Below are positions 45,529 through 57,446 of a stretch of 64,000 nt of DNA, in pieces; position 1 is the stretch's first letter, and the number at the start of each line of letters is the position of its first letter. The DNA comes from Eukaryota sp. TZLM1-RC (Eukaryota; Protista; Metamonada: BaSk clade). The notes beneath the pieces are model-generated. The model ran no database searches and was not told the origin of the DNA. It saw only the letters and a list, made by a program, of their open reading frames with translations. Made by a program: the position numbers and the translations under genes. Where the stretch lies: assembly GCA_040285825.1 (NCBI GenBank), contig JAUPSS010000007.1, forward strand, positions 458,501 through 522,500. Reading direction: 5' to 3'.

Positions 45529-47018
45529 TGTTGCCTTAGGTTGCAAAAATGGTTGAGATAAAGATGATTGACATAAAGTGCATGACATAAAGTTGATTTA
45601 TTTTGCCCTTATTCTATTTAAGCCTAAAAGCGCCAACACTACTTCTTCCCTTTTTCAAAATAAATTAACTTTAAACTAATAACTAAACTATAAATATACA
45701 AAATACTAATCACTAAATTCTAATGTTTCCTGATGTCTACTAATATTTTCGCACTGGATTCACAAAAACACAGGTCTTACTTCTTGATAGTTGATGTATT
45801 ATATCCTTTTAACAATAATGTAGAATAAAGGAGTGAGCAATAACGTAAAAGAACTGGTTCCAAGATCCATGTGTTTGAATACATTGTTGTATTAGCATTA
45901 GTCGTTACATAATGACGTTCTGCTTTTTCCTTTTTTCGTAGACGAGTAACGTGTTAGTGTCGTTTAGTAAAGTTATTATGAAATCGAATAATGGATTCGC
46001 TAATAAATATGCAGTGTCTATGATGGACTGAAAACAACAGTAAACAAGGTAACAAAGTTCAAAAATCTGAAAGAGGCATCATTTGTTGTTAAAGTACTGC
46101 CTGTCTACAAAAATTGTTAAAGCGGGAGGGTTAAAATACATCGTCGTTCCCATTCGCTGGAAGAGGTGAGCTCGATGACTGTACCTGTATCCCATTACTG
46201 AACCTTGACTTTTTTTTAAGAAGGAGGGGGGAGGGAACAACTTCCGTATATCTGCCCTTGTAATTCATTATTGTTGGAGGTGGAGTTTGTAATCGTAACC
46301 TCGTACATTGAGTGGGGGAGGAGGATTCTACACTAGAACCCTCGTAACCCGGTTTTTTTGTTGTCGTTTTGATGAAGGAGGGGTCTATTCCCGTAGCCTC
46401 ATTTCCAGTGTTTGAAATCCAACGTTTCTACCTCTCTTTTGGATTTGCTTCCATAAAGGAGGGAGCTGCTCAAAAAAACAGTAATCTGTAGGTTCAAGGT
46501 GGGCTTCCGCGTCCTTTAGAGCAGACGAAGTATCTGAGCTTAACCCAACATTTTCTTTAGGTGAGGAGGGGGGTGGTCCCGTTCCTGAAACCTTATCTGG
46601 TTTGTTGGACATGGAAGAGGCGGGAGGTGGTTCCGTGCCTGGTTCCATTTCTTTCTCATGAGGAGGGGCGGAGGGTGGTCTCGAGCCCGAGTCCTCTTCT
46701 TTATTCGACTCTTTAGTCCCTACTCATGTTTTATGTATGCTAGAAGCATCTCTGCCGTACTGTTGCATCTGTTCAATGTAAAAAATTTGACTAGAGTCAG
46801 TGTCCAGGCGAGGAGAGGCTGACATGATATCTGCTGAAGATATGCTCTGTTTGATTTCTGTAAGTTGTGTAAGCGGTATACCTATAACCTAATACGGCCA
46901 ATAATTATTGTTGCCTTAGGTTGCAAAAGTGGTTGAGATAAAGATGATTGACATAAAGTGCATGACATAAAGTTGATTCATTTTGCCCTTATTCTATTTA
47001 AGCCTAAAGGCGCCAACA
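45529..47018 (-). mobile_element. Non-autonomous LTR retroelement (1490 bp) with 110-bp LTRs and a decayed gag-like remnant
   Basis: LTRs TGTTG...CAACA at 45529-45638 and 46909-47018 (3 mismatches). TSD CCAG at 45525-45528 and 47019-47022. PPT GAAAAAGGGAAGAAG. Empty site ttcccagt in units B (~53250) and C (~59003). Pro/Ser-rich ORF remnant 46385-46648. Confidence 0.9.
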
Positions 47019-47879
47019 CCAGCAACAATTTCGAACAAAAAGAAAAAGGACCAGGTTTACCTTGTACAGAATGATTTCCAACAGTCACATGCCAGACTTA
47101 AAGAGATTCGATGGGAAGTTTAAATAACAAATAGCATCTAATGCATGAGTACTCTTTTAGACCATGTTTTAAACAATTTATTAGCATAAAAAATTGCAAT
47201 TAATAAAAATAAATTAATTATGACGTTTCTGTTTGTAGCATCATTTTACAGAGACATAAGAACAATAAAGAATCACACAATTGATACAGAAAACGGAAAC
47301 TTTATATCAAAACAAATGAGGTAACTTTTGATTATAGTGAATTCAATAATTCAACTCCAAAAACAACACTCTTTATTATGACAGTGCACCTAAAGAGAAT
47401 CAATTCGTTTCATATGGTTTCAAAAAGACGTGTGTACTCATTGAACATAAACAAGATCAACTATTCATAAAACTTTGAATCTATTACCGGAACCCGCACA
47501 AAAATAAAGAACTATAACAAGGTTACTAATGAAGCAAAATGTTTGCCAGAAAAAGTGCTTTATGTACGTCTACAAGAATTTCAAAAACATCAGGGGCAAG
47601 AAGAAGACACAGTGGTAACAATGTGGTTAATGTTCCAACTTGAAAACAGAAAGATTTGTTCCTAATTTGTTCGAACTTTTTTGGATTTATTTGGTAACTA
47701 ACAGTTTTGCTATGTGTTATACTTGATTAATAGCCAAATAATTACAATTATAGTTGATTTTGTATTTATTTGAATTAATTGAGGCAATATACCCGGGAAG
47801 AATTATTTAAATTTAAAATACACTCTTCATCCATTACAGAAACGATTGACTGGAATGTATTACCATGATTTTTTTAATG

Positions 47880-48757
47880 ATATATAGGCAGCTCGGCTGT
47901 AGAAAATCAAGATCTTCACTCTTTGTTATTGGAAAAGGGTGTTTGCGAATATCAGTCATCAGATTCTTCACTGATTGCGACCATTGTACCGCGAAGATTT
48001 GGATTGTGTGCTACTAAAGAAGCGTTTGTAACAAAAATAAGATTATATTTGAATATTACCCACTAGTCAATTATTATGAGCACAGGGTATTTGTTCGAAT
48101 TAACCACAGCTCATTTTGTGTCATGTTCTTAATTCTAGAAAATTGATAACTTATCGTTTTTCATAACATGATGCTGTTAGAGACACTGTTTTCAATATGG
48201 CACAAACTGGAAGAATATCGTGTATCAAAGAGCCTCTGCTGAAGGAAACACTTACTCTGAATAATTTTGGTTCTGATGATAAAGGTGATGTATACTGTAA
48301 TTGGATTGATAATTCTGAAGCTATTGTTGACTTTGCCTCATGTAATGTTGCAAATGATACTTTGGTTCACAGAAGAAATCTTAATCCTGTGAATGCTCTT
48401 GATTTTAAAGCAAAAGGACAACATAGAAAATATGATAAAGATATAGAAGAGGCTAATGCTCATAGAAATAAACAGATAGTTTATATTGCTTTCCCATTTT
48501 CCATAAACGGAAGACTATCAGTTGAAGCAGAAATTTATTTGAATGACTTCCAAAAAAATGGTTCAAGAAAAAACAATAGAAAGAATAGAAATTTTCATGG
48601 CGTTTTCGAATTCAATTTGCCATTATCAATAGATTACCTCAGTTTTTCAATCGAATTAGAGAACCTTTAGCTAGACAGCAAGCAGATCACGATCTTGTAG
48701 AGGAAATCTTGTTTCAATGATTTTCGTACCATTAGTGATGAATCAATTTTATTAAGT
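47880..48757 (+). mobile_element. Old 5'-truncated family D REL non-LTR element (unit A)
   Basis: HDAVRD, DKGDVYC, K.K..HRKY and FPFSINGRL motifs; frameshifted. Also present in unit B, so it predates the duplication. Confidence 0.8.
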
Positions 48758-49445
48758 ATGTATGCTCAAATATAAAGAAAAATAATAATATCAGTTTGTT
48801 CTTGAAAAATTGTCCATTGAAAATAACTCCACACAAATAGTTCTCAATATTTACAACCTTGACATTGGATTATGTGTACTTTCTTCGCAAATCTCAATTG
48901 GTTCATAAACCTCTGCTGCATTAGTTTTTGCAGCATTATTTAAAACAGAGTGGTTTTACCGCTAGTGTTAAAACGGTAGAACCATCCAGAACAAAAAATG
49001 AGAGACATCTGATTTAATTGTCAAACTTCATCTAACACTTTTAAAAGAAGGGAGATTTGATCAAACCAAATATTTGAACTGACGGTTCTGTTGTTTCCAA
49101 AACATTGTCAATTGTCAAACAACATCAAAAAAGATTTGTTTTACTTTTGTTCTTCAAGAAACCTACAACTGACAATTTAGAAAGTGGACAATTCCACATC
49201 ATTTGAGTGACGAAGAAAGTTACATTAACATTGAGTTGAATTGAACGAAAAACTGTAGTTATACCTTTTGTAAACCACATAGCTATCACATGTAAACATA
49301 AAGAAATCAAAACTGACTTTAAATTAGACAATACGGTCTGGAATCGAATGTAATCAGCTTGAGGAAATATTTAGTCAATTGTTTCTTACATTCTAATGAT
49401 ATTCATTTTGGTATACAAAATTGTGATGAAGTGGTTACAATAATA

Positions 49446-49542
49446 AACTATCGTATTTATTGAATTTGCACACTTGATTAAATTAAATCATAACTAATGG
49501 GACGACTATCATTAAACCAAGATTTCCTCTACAAAATCTTGA
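49446..49542 (-). mobile_element. 97-bp 3' stub of a family D non-LTR element with an 11-bp TSD (unit B only)
   Basis: TSD TTACAATAATA at 49435-49445 and 49543-49553. Empty site at ~55912 in unit C. Sequence matches 50991-51078. Confidence 0.88.
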
Positions 49543-49587
49543 TTACAATAATACTAAACCAAATTTATTAAAAAAATATTCTTCTAC

Positions 49588-50559
49588 TTAAGCTCCAATT
49601 ATTGCAAAAGTAGGAGGCTGAAGTAGGTCTTGAGAGGTCAGCTTACCACAATTGGAGTTCATAGAAGGCTTAAAACTGGATGATGATATCTGCCCTTTGT
49701 CCCTTGATGTATTTACTGCCAAGGCAGATAAGAGTTTGTCAACTCCAGAGGATTTCAATGGTTTAATATGGCAAAACTTCTGTCTCAATTGAAAGAGTAC
49801 AATATTGAATCCTTCTACCCGAAAATGACTGTTTCTCGCCATCAACATCAAAACTAAGCCCCTGTCCGCATCGTCAGCTATTTTCTGGCCCTCGTCCTTG
49901 GTTATATCACGATTGGTGCCAGAAGGTTTGTAAGGCATTTCTCCAACCAGCATTTCATAGAATATAACTCCAAGAGCGAAGTAATCAGCCGCAGCACCAT
50001 AAGATTTATCAATCGTGAACATTTCGGGTGGATGATATGGCGGAGTCATGGCACTTTGAAAAGGATTTTCCCAGATGGCTTTAAATGACGCAAGTCTATC
50101 AAAGTCACAGATGACAACATTGTTTTCATCATCCAAAAGTATGTTCTCAGGCTTTAAATCACGATAAGCAAGTTTCTTTGAGTGTAAGAACTGAATTCCT
50201 TCCACAAGTTGCCACAAGATCTTCCTTGCACAGTGTTTCTCTAAGGGTTTGCCTTTGCTCAGAGAACGACGTTGAGAAACACCGTAAATCAAAGTTGCAA
50301 GGTTTTTGGGATAGTACCTCATTACAACATAGAATTTATCCCCGTGACGAAATGCATCAAGAATTGAACACAAGGAATCATGTTGTTGTGTCACTGCTTT
50401 GATAGCTTTGAATCGCTGTTCCTTCTCTTCAATTCCACGAGAGATGACTTTGATGCAATAAAACCTTCCGTTTCGGATAGCTTTGTAGACCACTCCGTCA
50501 GCTCCCTTTCCAACAAGAGTAGGATCACTGTAACCAGGGATAAGAATGGAAGATGTCAT
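49588..50559 (-). CDS. Ser/Thr protein kinase, atypical (YRD/DFD/PPE), copy B
   Basis: Same motifs as copy A. The ORF extends to an ATG at 50694, but MTSS (50559) is the start shared by all copies. Confidence 0.88.
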   Translation of the reverse strand: MTSSILIPGYSDPTLVGKGADGVVYKAIRNGRFYCIKVISRGIEEKEQRFKAIKAVTQQHDSLCSILDAFRHGDKFYVVMRYYPKNLATLIYGVSQRRSLSKGKPLEKHCARKILWQLVEGIQFLHSKKLAYRDLKPENILLDDENNVVICDFDRLASFKAIWENPFQSAMTPPYHPPEMFTIDKSYGAAADYFALGVIFYEMLVGEMPYKPSGTNRDITKDEGQKIADDADRGLVLMLMARNSHFRVEGFNIVLFQLRQKFCHIKPLKSSGVDKLLSALAVNTSRDKGQISSSSFKPSMNSNCGKLTSQDLLQPPTFAIIGA

Positions 50560-50980
50560 GAACAGAAGAAAGACAGCGAAAAATTTGTTTTTTTCATCCA
50601 AAAATTCGTCAAGAAAATTTTCATTTTTTTGTTGGATACCCGTATGATTTTTGTTCTTGATAAAACTAGATTTCTTAGTCTTTCCACATCTCATTAATCC
50701 AGTATAAGTCTATATTCGTACTGTTTTTAGCTCAAATTCAATTAAATCGGTAATAAATGGTATTTGAAACGGGACTTCATTTACAACTATAACAATCATG
50801 AGTTCTTTTTGTTGTAAAAGAGTAACACCTTTGCGAATCACCAATCTTGCAAGATGGAATTATAGGTGAGGTGCAATAGAAAAGTAACCGCTGGGTTTTT
50901 TTAATGAATTTGTTCAACGATAAAAAAAGGCCAAATTTCTCTCAGTTGTACAATATACTGTAAATTTATTTATTCTTTTT

Positions 50981-51572
50981 AAAAAATTAATTTATTGAAT
51001 TTGCACACTTAATTAAATTAAATCATAACTAATGGGACGACTATCATTAAACCAAGATTTCCTCTACAAAATCTTGATTTGCTTGCTGTCTAGCTAAAGC
51101 TTCTCTAATTCGATTGAAAAACCGCGGTAATCTATTAATAATGGCAAATTGAATCCGTGAACGCCATAAAAAAATGTCAAATCTTTTCATTGTTTTTTCT
51201 TTCACCATTTTCTGGAAGTCATCCAAAAAAGTTTCTGCTTCAACTGATAATCTTCCATTTATCGAAAATGGAAAAGCAATAAAAACCAGCTGTGTATTTC
51301 TATCGATATTTGCATCTTCAATTTCTTTATCATATTTTCTATGTTTTTCTTTTGCTTTAAAATCCAGAGCAGCCACAGGATTAAGTTTTCTTCTGTGAAC
51401 CAAAGTATCGTTTGCAACATTACATGAGACAAAGTCAACAATAGCTTCAGAATTATCAATCCAATCACAGTATACATCACCTCTATCATCAGAACCAAAA
51501 TTATTCAGAGAAAGTGTTTCTTTCAGCAGGGGCTCTTTGATACACGATATCCTTGCAGTTTGTGCCATATTG
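50981..51572 (-). mobile_element. 5'-truncated family D REL non-LTR element with an intact REL ORF (unit B only)
   Basis: 173-aa ORF 51047-51568 (DRGDVYC..D..K.KEKHRKY..FPFSINGRL..WRSRIQF). Inserted in a TTCTTTTT run that is empty in units A (~43437) and C (~57343). Confidence 0.87.
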
Positions 51573-51680
51573 ATTTCTTTTTTGAAAACAATACTTTCCG
51601 CAAAACAAAACTATTCAACATCCAAAACTCCCTATAATTGAAAAAAACCTAGAATTAAAAGAATAAACAGTTGTTGAATT

Positions 51681-52850
51681 AAAACTTACATGTTGTGTGA
51701 TCAACACCTCATCAAAAATCCAATAATGAACCAATGATTTTTGATAGTTTTCAAAATTTTAAGTTTCATTTTTCTTGTGTCCATAGCATCACCTGTAGTG
51801 ATAAAGAGAAGGGTATGGTCATGATTCGTGGCAATAAATCCTCCTTGTCAACCACCGCACTCTCGCACGCAATCTCGATCTGTTGAGAAGACATAGTGAT
51901 AAACAAAGAAAACAATCAAGTTACTTTTAGCTTAAATGACCGGCAATGCCGAAACAATTCCTTCTCATACTGTATTTGGTATAAGAATTAACAAAAAAAA
52001 CTCAATTGTAGATTAATAGTAATGGAATACTGAACTCCAGTTCATACACTCCAAATCACTCGTGCATGGAGATCTCAAGCTAGAGAAGATTCTTGTTGTC
52101 AATGGAAAAGTCAAATTAGCTGACTTTGGAACCTCCAGGACTATTGCAAAGACTTCCACGGCTACCAATCTTTCATGTACAGTACGACATGCCGCGTTAG
52201 AACAGCTTGATAACAAAGTTTCTCTTGCCTCTGACATCTATGCAATTGGAACTATCCAGTATAAAGTGATGTGTAATTAAAGACCATTTGAAGCAGTGTC
52301 TCATAATGGGCTTTGAGTGAACAACTTCCTCGTACTTTGGAAGATAAAAGGAAGAGTGAAGAAGAGTAAATGAGTGTTTCAGTGGCCAATAAATCAGCAT
52401 CAGGTTTGGAATCAACTTACATCCCTCTGCTAAAAGGAAAAGAGTGCAAGTAGCAACAATACAGAGGTAGTTATTTCATTGAAGCAACAAGTGGACAAGA
52501 CGTTGAGGATGTTGATGGGAGTTTTAGAAACAACGGCTGGTGCTGATGTGGCAAAACGAGATAAACAGTGGTAACGTGTGACATATCGGCCGACCTGGGA
52601 CAGCTTGTCAGAAGTCTAACAAAGGACATGCCTCTGTTACACTGTGTGACATTTGAAAAGCAGGTGACTCATCAAGGAACTTAATCTAGTTGAAAGATAA
52701 GAGAGCAGAGCGTACTACGACAGTGGTGGGGTAAACGGTGGCAGTTGTAAGATTTCAACGGTACAATAAGATGCATCAGAGGTGCTGATATTAAAAGTAA
52801 GGCATCAACGGGCCATTGACGTGGTGTTGATCACACAACATGTAAGTTTT
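51681..52850. repeat. 28-bp perfect inverted-repeat-bounded cassette, unit B
   Basis: AAAACTTACATGTTGTGTGATCAACACC (51681-51708) and GGTGTTGATCACACAACATGTAAGTTTT (52823-52850). Confidence 0.8.
52030..52280 (+). pseudogene. Kinase catalytic-domain fragment, unit B
   Basis: HGDLKLEKIL..KLADFGTSR..RHAALEQL..SDIYAIG. Confidence 0.75.
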
Positions 52851-54104
52851 GTAGGAAGCATCCTCTTAGTAAGGAGGAACAAAGGCTAAAGTGTGGAAAT
52901 TGGGCATAAAGTCATGATGACGTGGCAAAAGGTGAATTTCGATGATTATAAGGCTATGAACAAATTGGTCAAGAAAAAACAGATGAAAATGAACAGCTGA
53001 ATATACCACCTCATTAAACCAAAACGACTAGACGCAATTTGATCATATAGTGGTATAAGAAGATTCAGTGCTTGAGAAATCATCTCCACCACATATGAAA
53101 CTCTGATGATCTTACTTACTATTCCCCAACCAAATACCATTCTTAGAGTCCGCGAGCTTCAGCTTCTTCAATGGTGCATTTCTTTATCAAGATTTCCAAA
53201 GTAATATTCATTTCATTAGTGTACGACCGATGCGATAAACAACAGTTAATTCCCAGTATCAATTTCGAACAAAAAGAAAAAGGACCAGGATTACCTTGTA
53301 CAGAATCATTTTAAACAGTCACATGCCAGACTTAAAGAGATTCGATGGGCAGTTCATATAAAAAATAGCATCTAATGCATGAGTACTCTATTAGAACATG
53401 TTTTAAACAATTTATTAGCATAAAAAGTTGCAATTAATAAAAATAAATTATGACGTTCCTGTCTGTAGCATAATTTTACAGAGACATCAATACAATAAAG
53501 AATCACACAATTGATACAGAAAACGGAAACTTTATATCAAAATAAATGAGGTAACTTTTGAATATAGTGAATTCCATAATTCAACTCCAAAAACAACACT
53601 CTTTATTGTAAAAGTGCACCTAAAGAGAATCAATTCGTTTCAAATGGTTTCAAAAAGACGTGTGTACTCATTGAACATAAACAAGATCAACTATTCATAA
53701 AACTAGGAATCTATTACCGGAACATGCACAAAAATAAAGAACTATAACAAAGTAACTAATGAAGCAAAATGTTTACCAGAAAAAGTGCTTTAAGTACGTC
53801 TACAAGAATTTCAGAAACATCAGGAGCAATGAGAAGACTCAGTGGTAACAATGTGGTTAATGTTCCAACTTGAAAACAGAAAGAATTGTTCCAAATTTGA
53901 ACCTTTTTGGATTTCTTTGGTAAACAACATTTTTGCTATGTGTTATACTTGATCAATAGCCAAATAATTACATTTATAGTTGATTTTGTATTAATTTTAA
54001 TTAATTGAGGCAATATATTGGGGAAGAATTATTTAAATTGAAAATACACTCTTGCTCCATTACAGAAACGATTGACTGGAATGTATTACAATGATTTTTA
54101 TAAT

Positions 54105-54997
54105 GATATATAGGCAGCTCGGCTGTAGAAAATCAAGATCTTCACTCTTTGTTATTGGAAAAGGGTGTTTGCGAATATCAGTCATCAGATTCTTCACTGA
54201 TTGTGACCATAGTACCACGAAGATTTGGATTGTGTGCTACTAAAGAAGCGTTTGTAACAAAAATGAGATTATATTTGAATATTACCCACTAGTCAATTAT
54301 TATAAGCACAGGGTATTTGTTCGAATTAACCACAGCTCATTTTGTGTCATGTTCTTAATTCTAGAAAATTGATAACTTATCGTTCTTCATAACATGATGC
54401 TGTTAGAGACACTGTTTTCAATATGGCACAAACTGGAAGAATATCGTGTATCAAAGAGCCTCTGCTGAAGGAAACACTTACTCTGAATAATTTTGGTTCT
54501 GATGATAGAGGTGATGTATACTGTAATTGGATTGATAATTCTGAAGCTATTGTTGACTTTGCCTCATGTAATGTTGCAAATGATACTTTGGTTCACAGAA
54601 GAAATCTTAATCCTGTGAATGCTCTTGATTTTAAAGCAAAAGGACAACATAGAAAATATGATCAAGATATAGAAGAGGCTAATGCTCATAGAAATAAACA
54701 GATAGTTTATATTGCTTTCCCATTTTCCATAAACGGAAGACTATCAGTTGAAGCAGAAATTTATTTGAATGACTTCCAAAAAAATGGTTCAAGAAAAAAA
54801 TGAAACGATTTGGTGTATGCTTGGCGTTCACGGATGCAATTTGGCATTTTCAATAGATTACCTCAGTTTTTCAATCGAATTAGAGAACCTTTAGCTACAC
54901 AGCAAGCTGATCAAGATTTTGTAGATGAAATCTTGGTTCCATAATTTTCGTCCCATTAGTGATGAGTCAATTTAATTAAGTGTGCAAATTCAATAAA
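54105..54997 (+). mobile_element. Old 5'-truncated family D REL non-LTR element (unit B paralog of 47880-48757)
   Basis: ORF 54423-54803 is nearly identical to 48197-48570 and shares its frameshift. Confidence 0.8.
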
Positions 54998-55029
54998 TAT
55001 CATTTATAATTTTGTTTGATTATCATTAA

Positions 55030-55207
55030 ATTTATAAAAGCCTATAAATCAACATCTAAAAAATCCATCTCTCCAAAAACAAAAAGGCTGGATACAAATC
55101 TTTTATAGTGAAATCCAAGCGAAAGTAAAGCATCAGAAACTTTCATCAAAATCCATTTAAAAATAGAAAATACAATTCCTTTTTGCCAAAACAATCTATG
55201 GAAATTT
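55030..55207 (-). mobile_element. 3' stub of a family A-like non-LTR element (unit B only)
   Basis: Diverged match to 338-505 (cctataaatcaacatc..aaatccatctc..ttttgccaaaac). Confidence 0.7.
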
Positions 55208-55956
55208 TATACAGTGTACATGTTCAAATATAAAGAAAAATAATAATATCAGTTTGTTCTTGAAAAATTTTCCATTGAATATAACTGCACAGAAATAGTT
55301 CTCGATATTTCTCAATATTTGTAAAATCTTGAAGATGACATTGGTTTGTGTCTACTTTCTTCGCAAATCTCAATTGGCTCATTAACCTCTGTTACATTAG
55401 CTTTTGCAGCATTATTTAAAACAGAGTGGTTTTACCGCTAGTGTAAAAACGGTAGAACCAACCAGAACATAAACATGACAGACATTTGATTTAATTGTCA
55501 AACCCCATCTAACACATTGAAAAGAAGGGAGATTTGATCAAACCAAATATTTGAACTGATGGTTCTGTTGTTTCTAAAACATTGTCAATTGTCAAACAAC
55601 ATCAAAAAAGAATTGGTTTACCTTTGTTCTTCAAGAAACCTACAACTGGCAATTTAGAAAGTGGACAATTCCACATCATTTGAGTGACGAAGACAGTTAC
55701 ATTAACATTGAACTGAATTGAACGAAAAACTGTAGTTCTACCTTTTGTAAACCACATAGCTATCACATGTAAACATAAAGAAATCAAAACTGACTTTAAT
55801 TTAGACAATACGGTCTGGAATCGAATGTAATCAGCTTGTGGAAATATTTAGTCAATTGTTTCTTACAACCTAATGATATTCATTTTGGTATACAAAATTG
55901 TGATGAAGTGGTTACAATAATACTAAACCAAATTTATTAAAAAAATATTCTTCTAC

Positions 55957-56928
55957 TTAAGCTCCAATTATTGCAAAAGTAGGAGGCTGAAGTAGGTCTT
56001 GAGAGGTCAGCTTACCACAATTGGAGTTCATAGAAGGCTTAAAACTGGATGATGATATCTGCCCTTTGTCCCTTGATGTATTTACTGCCAAGGCAGATAA
56101 GAGTTTGTCAACTCCAGAAGAATTCAATGGTTTAATATGGCAAAACTTCTGTCTCAATCGAAAGAGTACAATATTGAATCCTTCTATCCGAAAATGACTG
56201 TTTCTCGCCATCAACATCAAAACTAAGCCCCTGTCCGCATCGTCAGCTATTTTCTGGCCCTCGTCCTTGGTTATATCACGATTGGTGCCAGAAGGTTTGT
56301 AAGGCATTTCTCCAACCAGCATTTCATAGAATATAACTCCAAGAGCGAAATAATCAGCAGCAGGACCATACGATTTATCAATCGTGAACATTTCGGGGGG
56401 ATGATATGGCGGAGTCATGGCACTTTGAAAAGGATTATCAGATATGGCTTTAAATGAAGCAAGTCTATCAAAGTCACAGATGACAACATTGTTTTCATCA
56501 TCCAAAAGTATGTTCTCAGGCTTTAAATCACGATGGGCAAGTTTCTTTGAGTGTAAGAAGTGAATTCCTTCCACAAGTTGCCACAAGATCTTTCTTGCAC
56601 AGTGTTTCTCTAAGGGTTTGCCTTTGCTCAGAGAACGACGTTGAGAAACACCGTAAATCAAAGTTGCAAGGTTTTTGGGATAGTACCTCATTACAACATA
56701 GAATTTATCCCCGTGACGAAATGCATCAAGAATTGAACACAAGGAATCATGTTGTTGTGTCACTGCTTTGATAGCTTTGAATCGCTGTTCCTTCTCTTCA
56801 ATTCCACGAGAGATGACTTTGATGCAATAAAACCTTCCGTTTCGGATAGCTTTGTAGACCACTCCGTCAGCTCCCTTTCCAACAAGAGTAGGATCACTGT
56901 AACCAGGGATAAGAATGGAAGATGTCAT
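55957..56928 (-). CDS. Ser/Thr protein kinase, atypical (HRD/DFD/PPE), copy C
   Basis: Same motifs as copies A and B, with HRD instead of YRD. Confidence 0.88.
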   Translation of the reverse strand: MTSSILIPGYSDPTLVGKGADGVVYKAIRNGRFYCIKVISRGIEEKEQRFKAIKAVTQQHDSLCSILDAFRHGDKFYVVMRYYPKNLATLIYGVSQRRSLSKGKPLEKHCARKILWQLVEGIHFLHSKKLAHRDLKPENILLDDENNVVICDFDRLASFKAISDNPFQSAMTPPYHPPEMFTIDKSYGPAADYFALGVIFYEMLVGEMPYKPSGTNRDITKDEGQKIADDADRGLVLMLMARNSHFRIEGFNIVLFRLRQKFCHIKPLNSSGVDKLLSALAVNTSRDKGQISSSSFKPSMNSNCGKLTSQDLLQPPTFAIIGA

Positions 56929-57446
56929 GAACAGAAGAAAGACAGCGAAAAATTTGTTTTTTTCATCCAAAAATTCGTCAAGAAAATTTTCATTTTTTTG
57001 TTGGATACCCGTATGATTTTTGTTCTTGATAAAACTAGATTTCTTAGTCTTTCCACATCTCATTAATCCAGTATAAGTCTATATTCGTACTGTTTTTAGC
57101 TCAAATTCAATTAAATCGGTAATAAATGGTATTTGAAACGGGACTTCATTTACAACTATAACAATCATGAGTTCTTTTTGTTGTAAAAGAGTAACACCTT
57201 TGCGAAATACCAATCTTGCAAGATGGAACTATAGGTGAGGTGCAATAGAAAAGTAACGGCTGGGATTTTTAATTGAATTTGTTCAACGATAAAAGAAGGC
57301 CAAATTTCCCTAATTTGTACAATACACAGTAAATTTATTTATTCTTTTTGGAAACAATACTTTCAGCAAGACAAAACTATTCAACTTCCAAAACTCCCTA
57401 TAATTGAAGAAAACCTAGAATTAAAAGAATAAACAGTTGTTGAATT

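Noticed and set aside
50560-50694. 45-aa N-terminal extension (MRCGKTKK...) of kinase copies B and C
   Set aside because: The homologous stretch is frameshifted in copy A while the kinase stays intact, so MTSS is the more likely start.
52823-52860. Spliced-leader RNA gene (short exon + GTAAGT), suggested by the CRE-like elements nearby
   Set aside because: Downstream sequences differ between left and right arms, there is no clear Sm site, and none of the CRE-like insertions target the motif.
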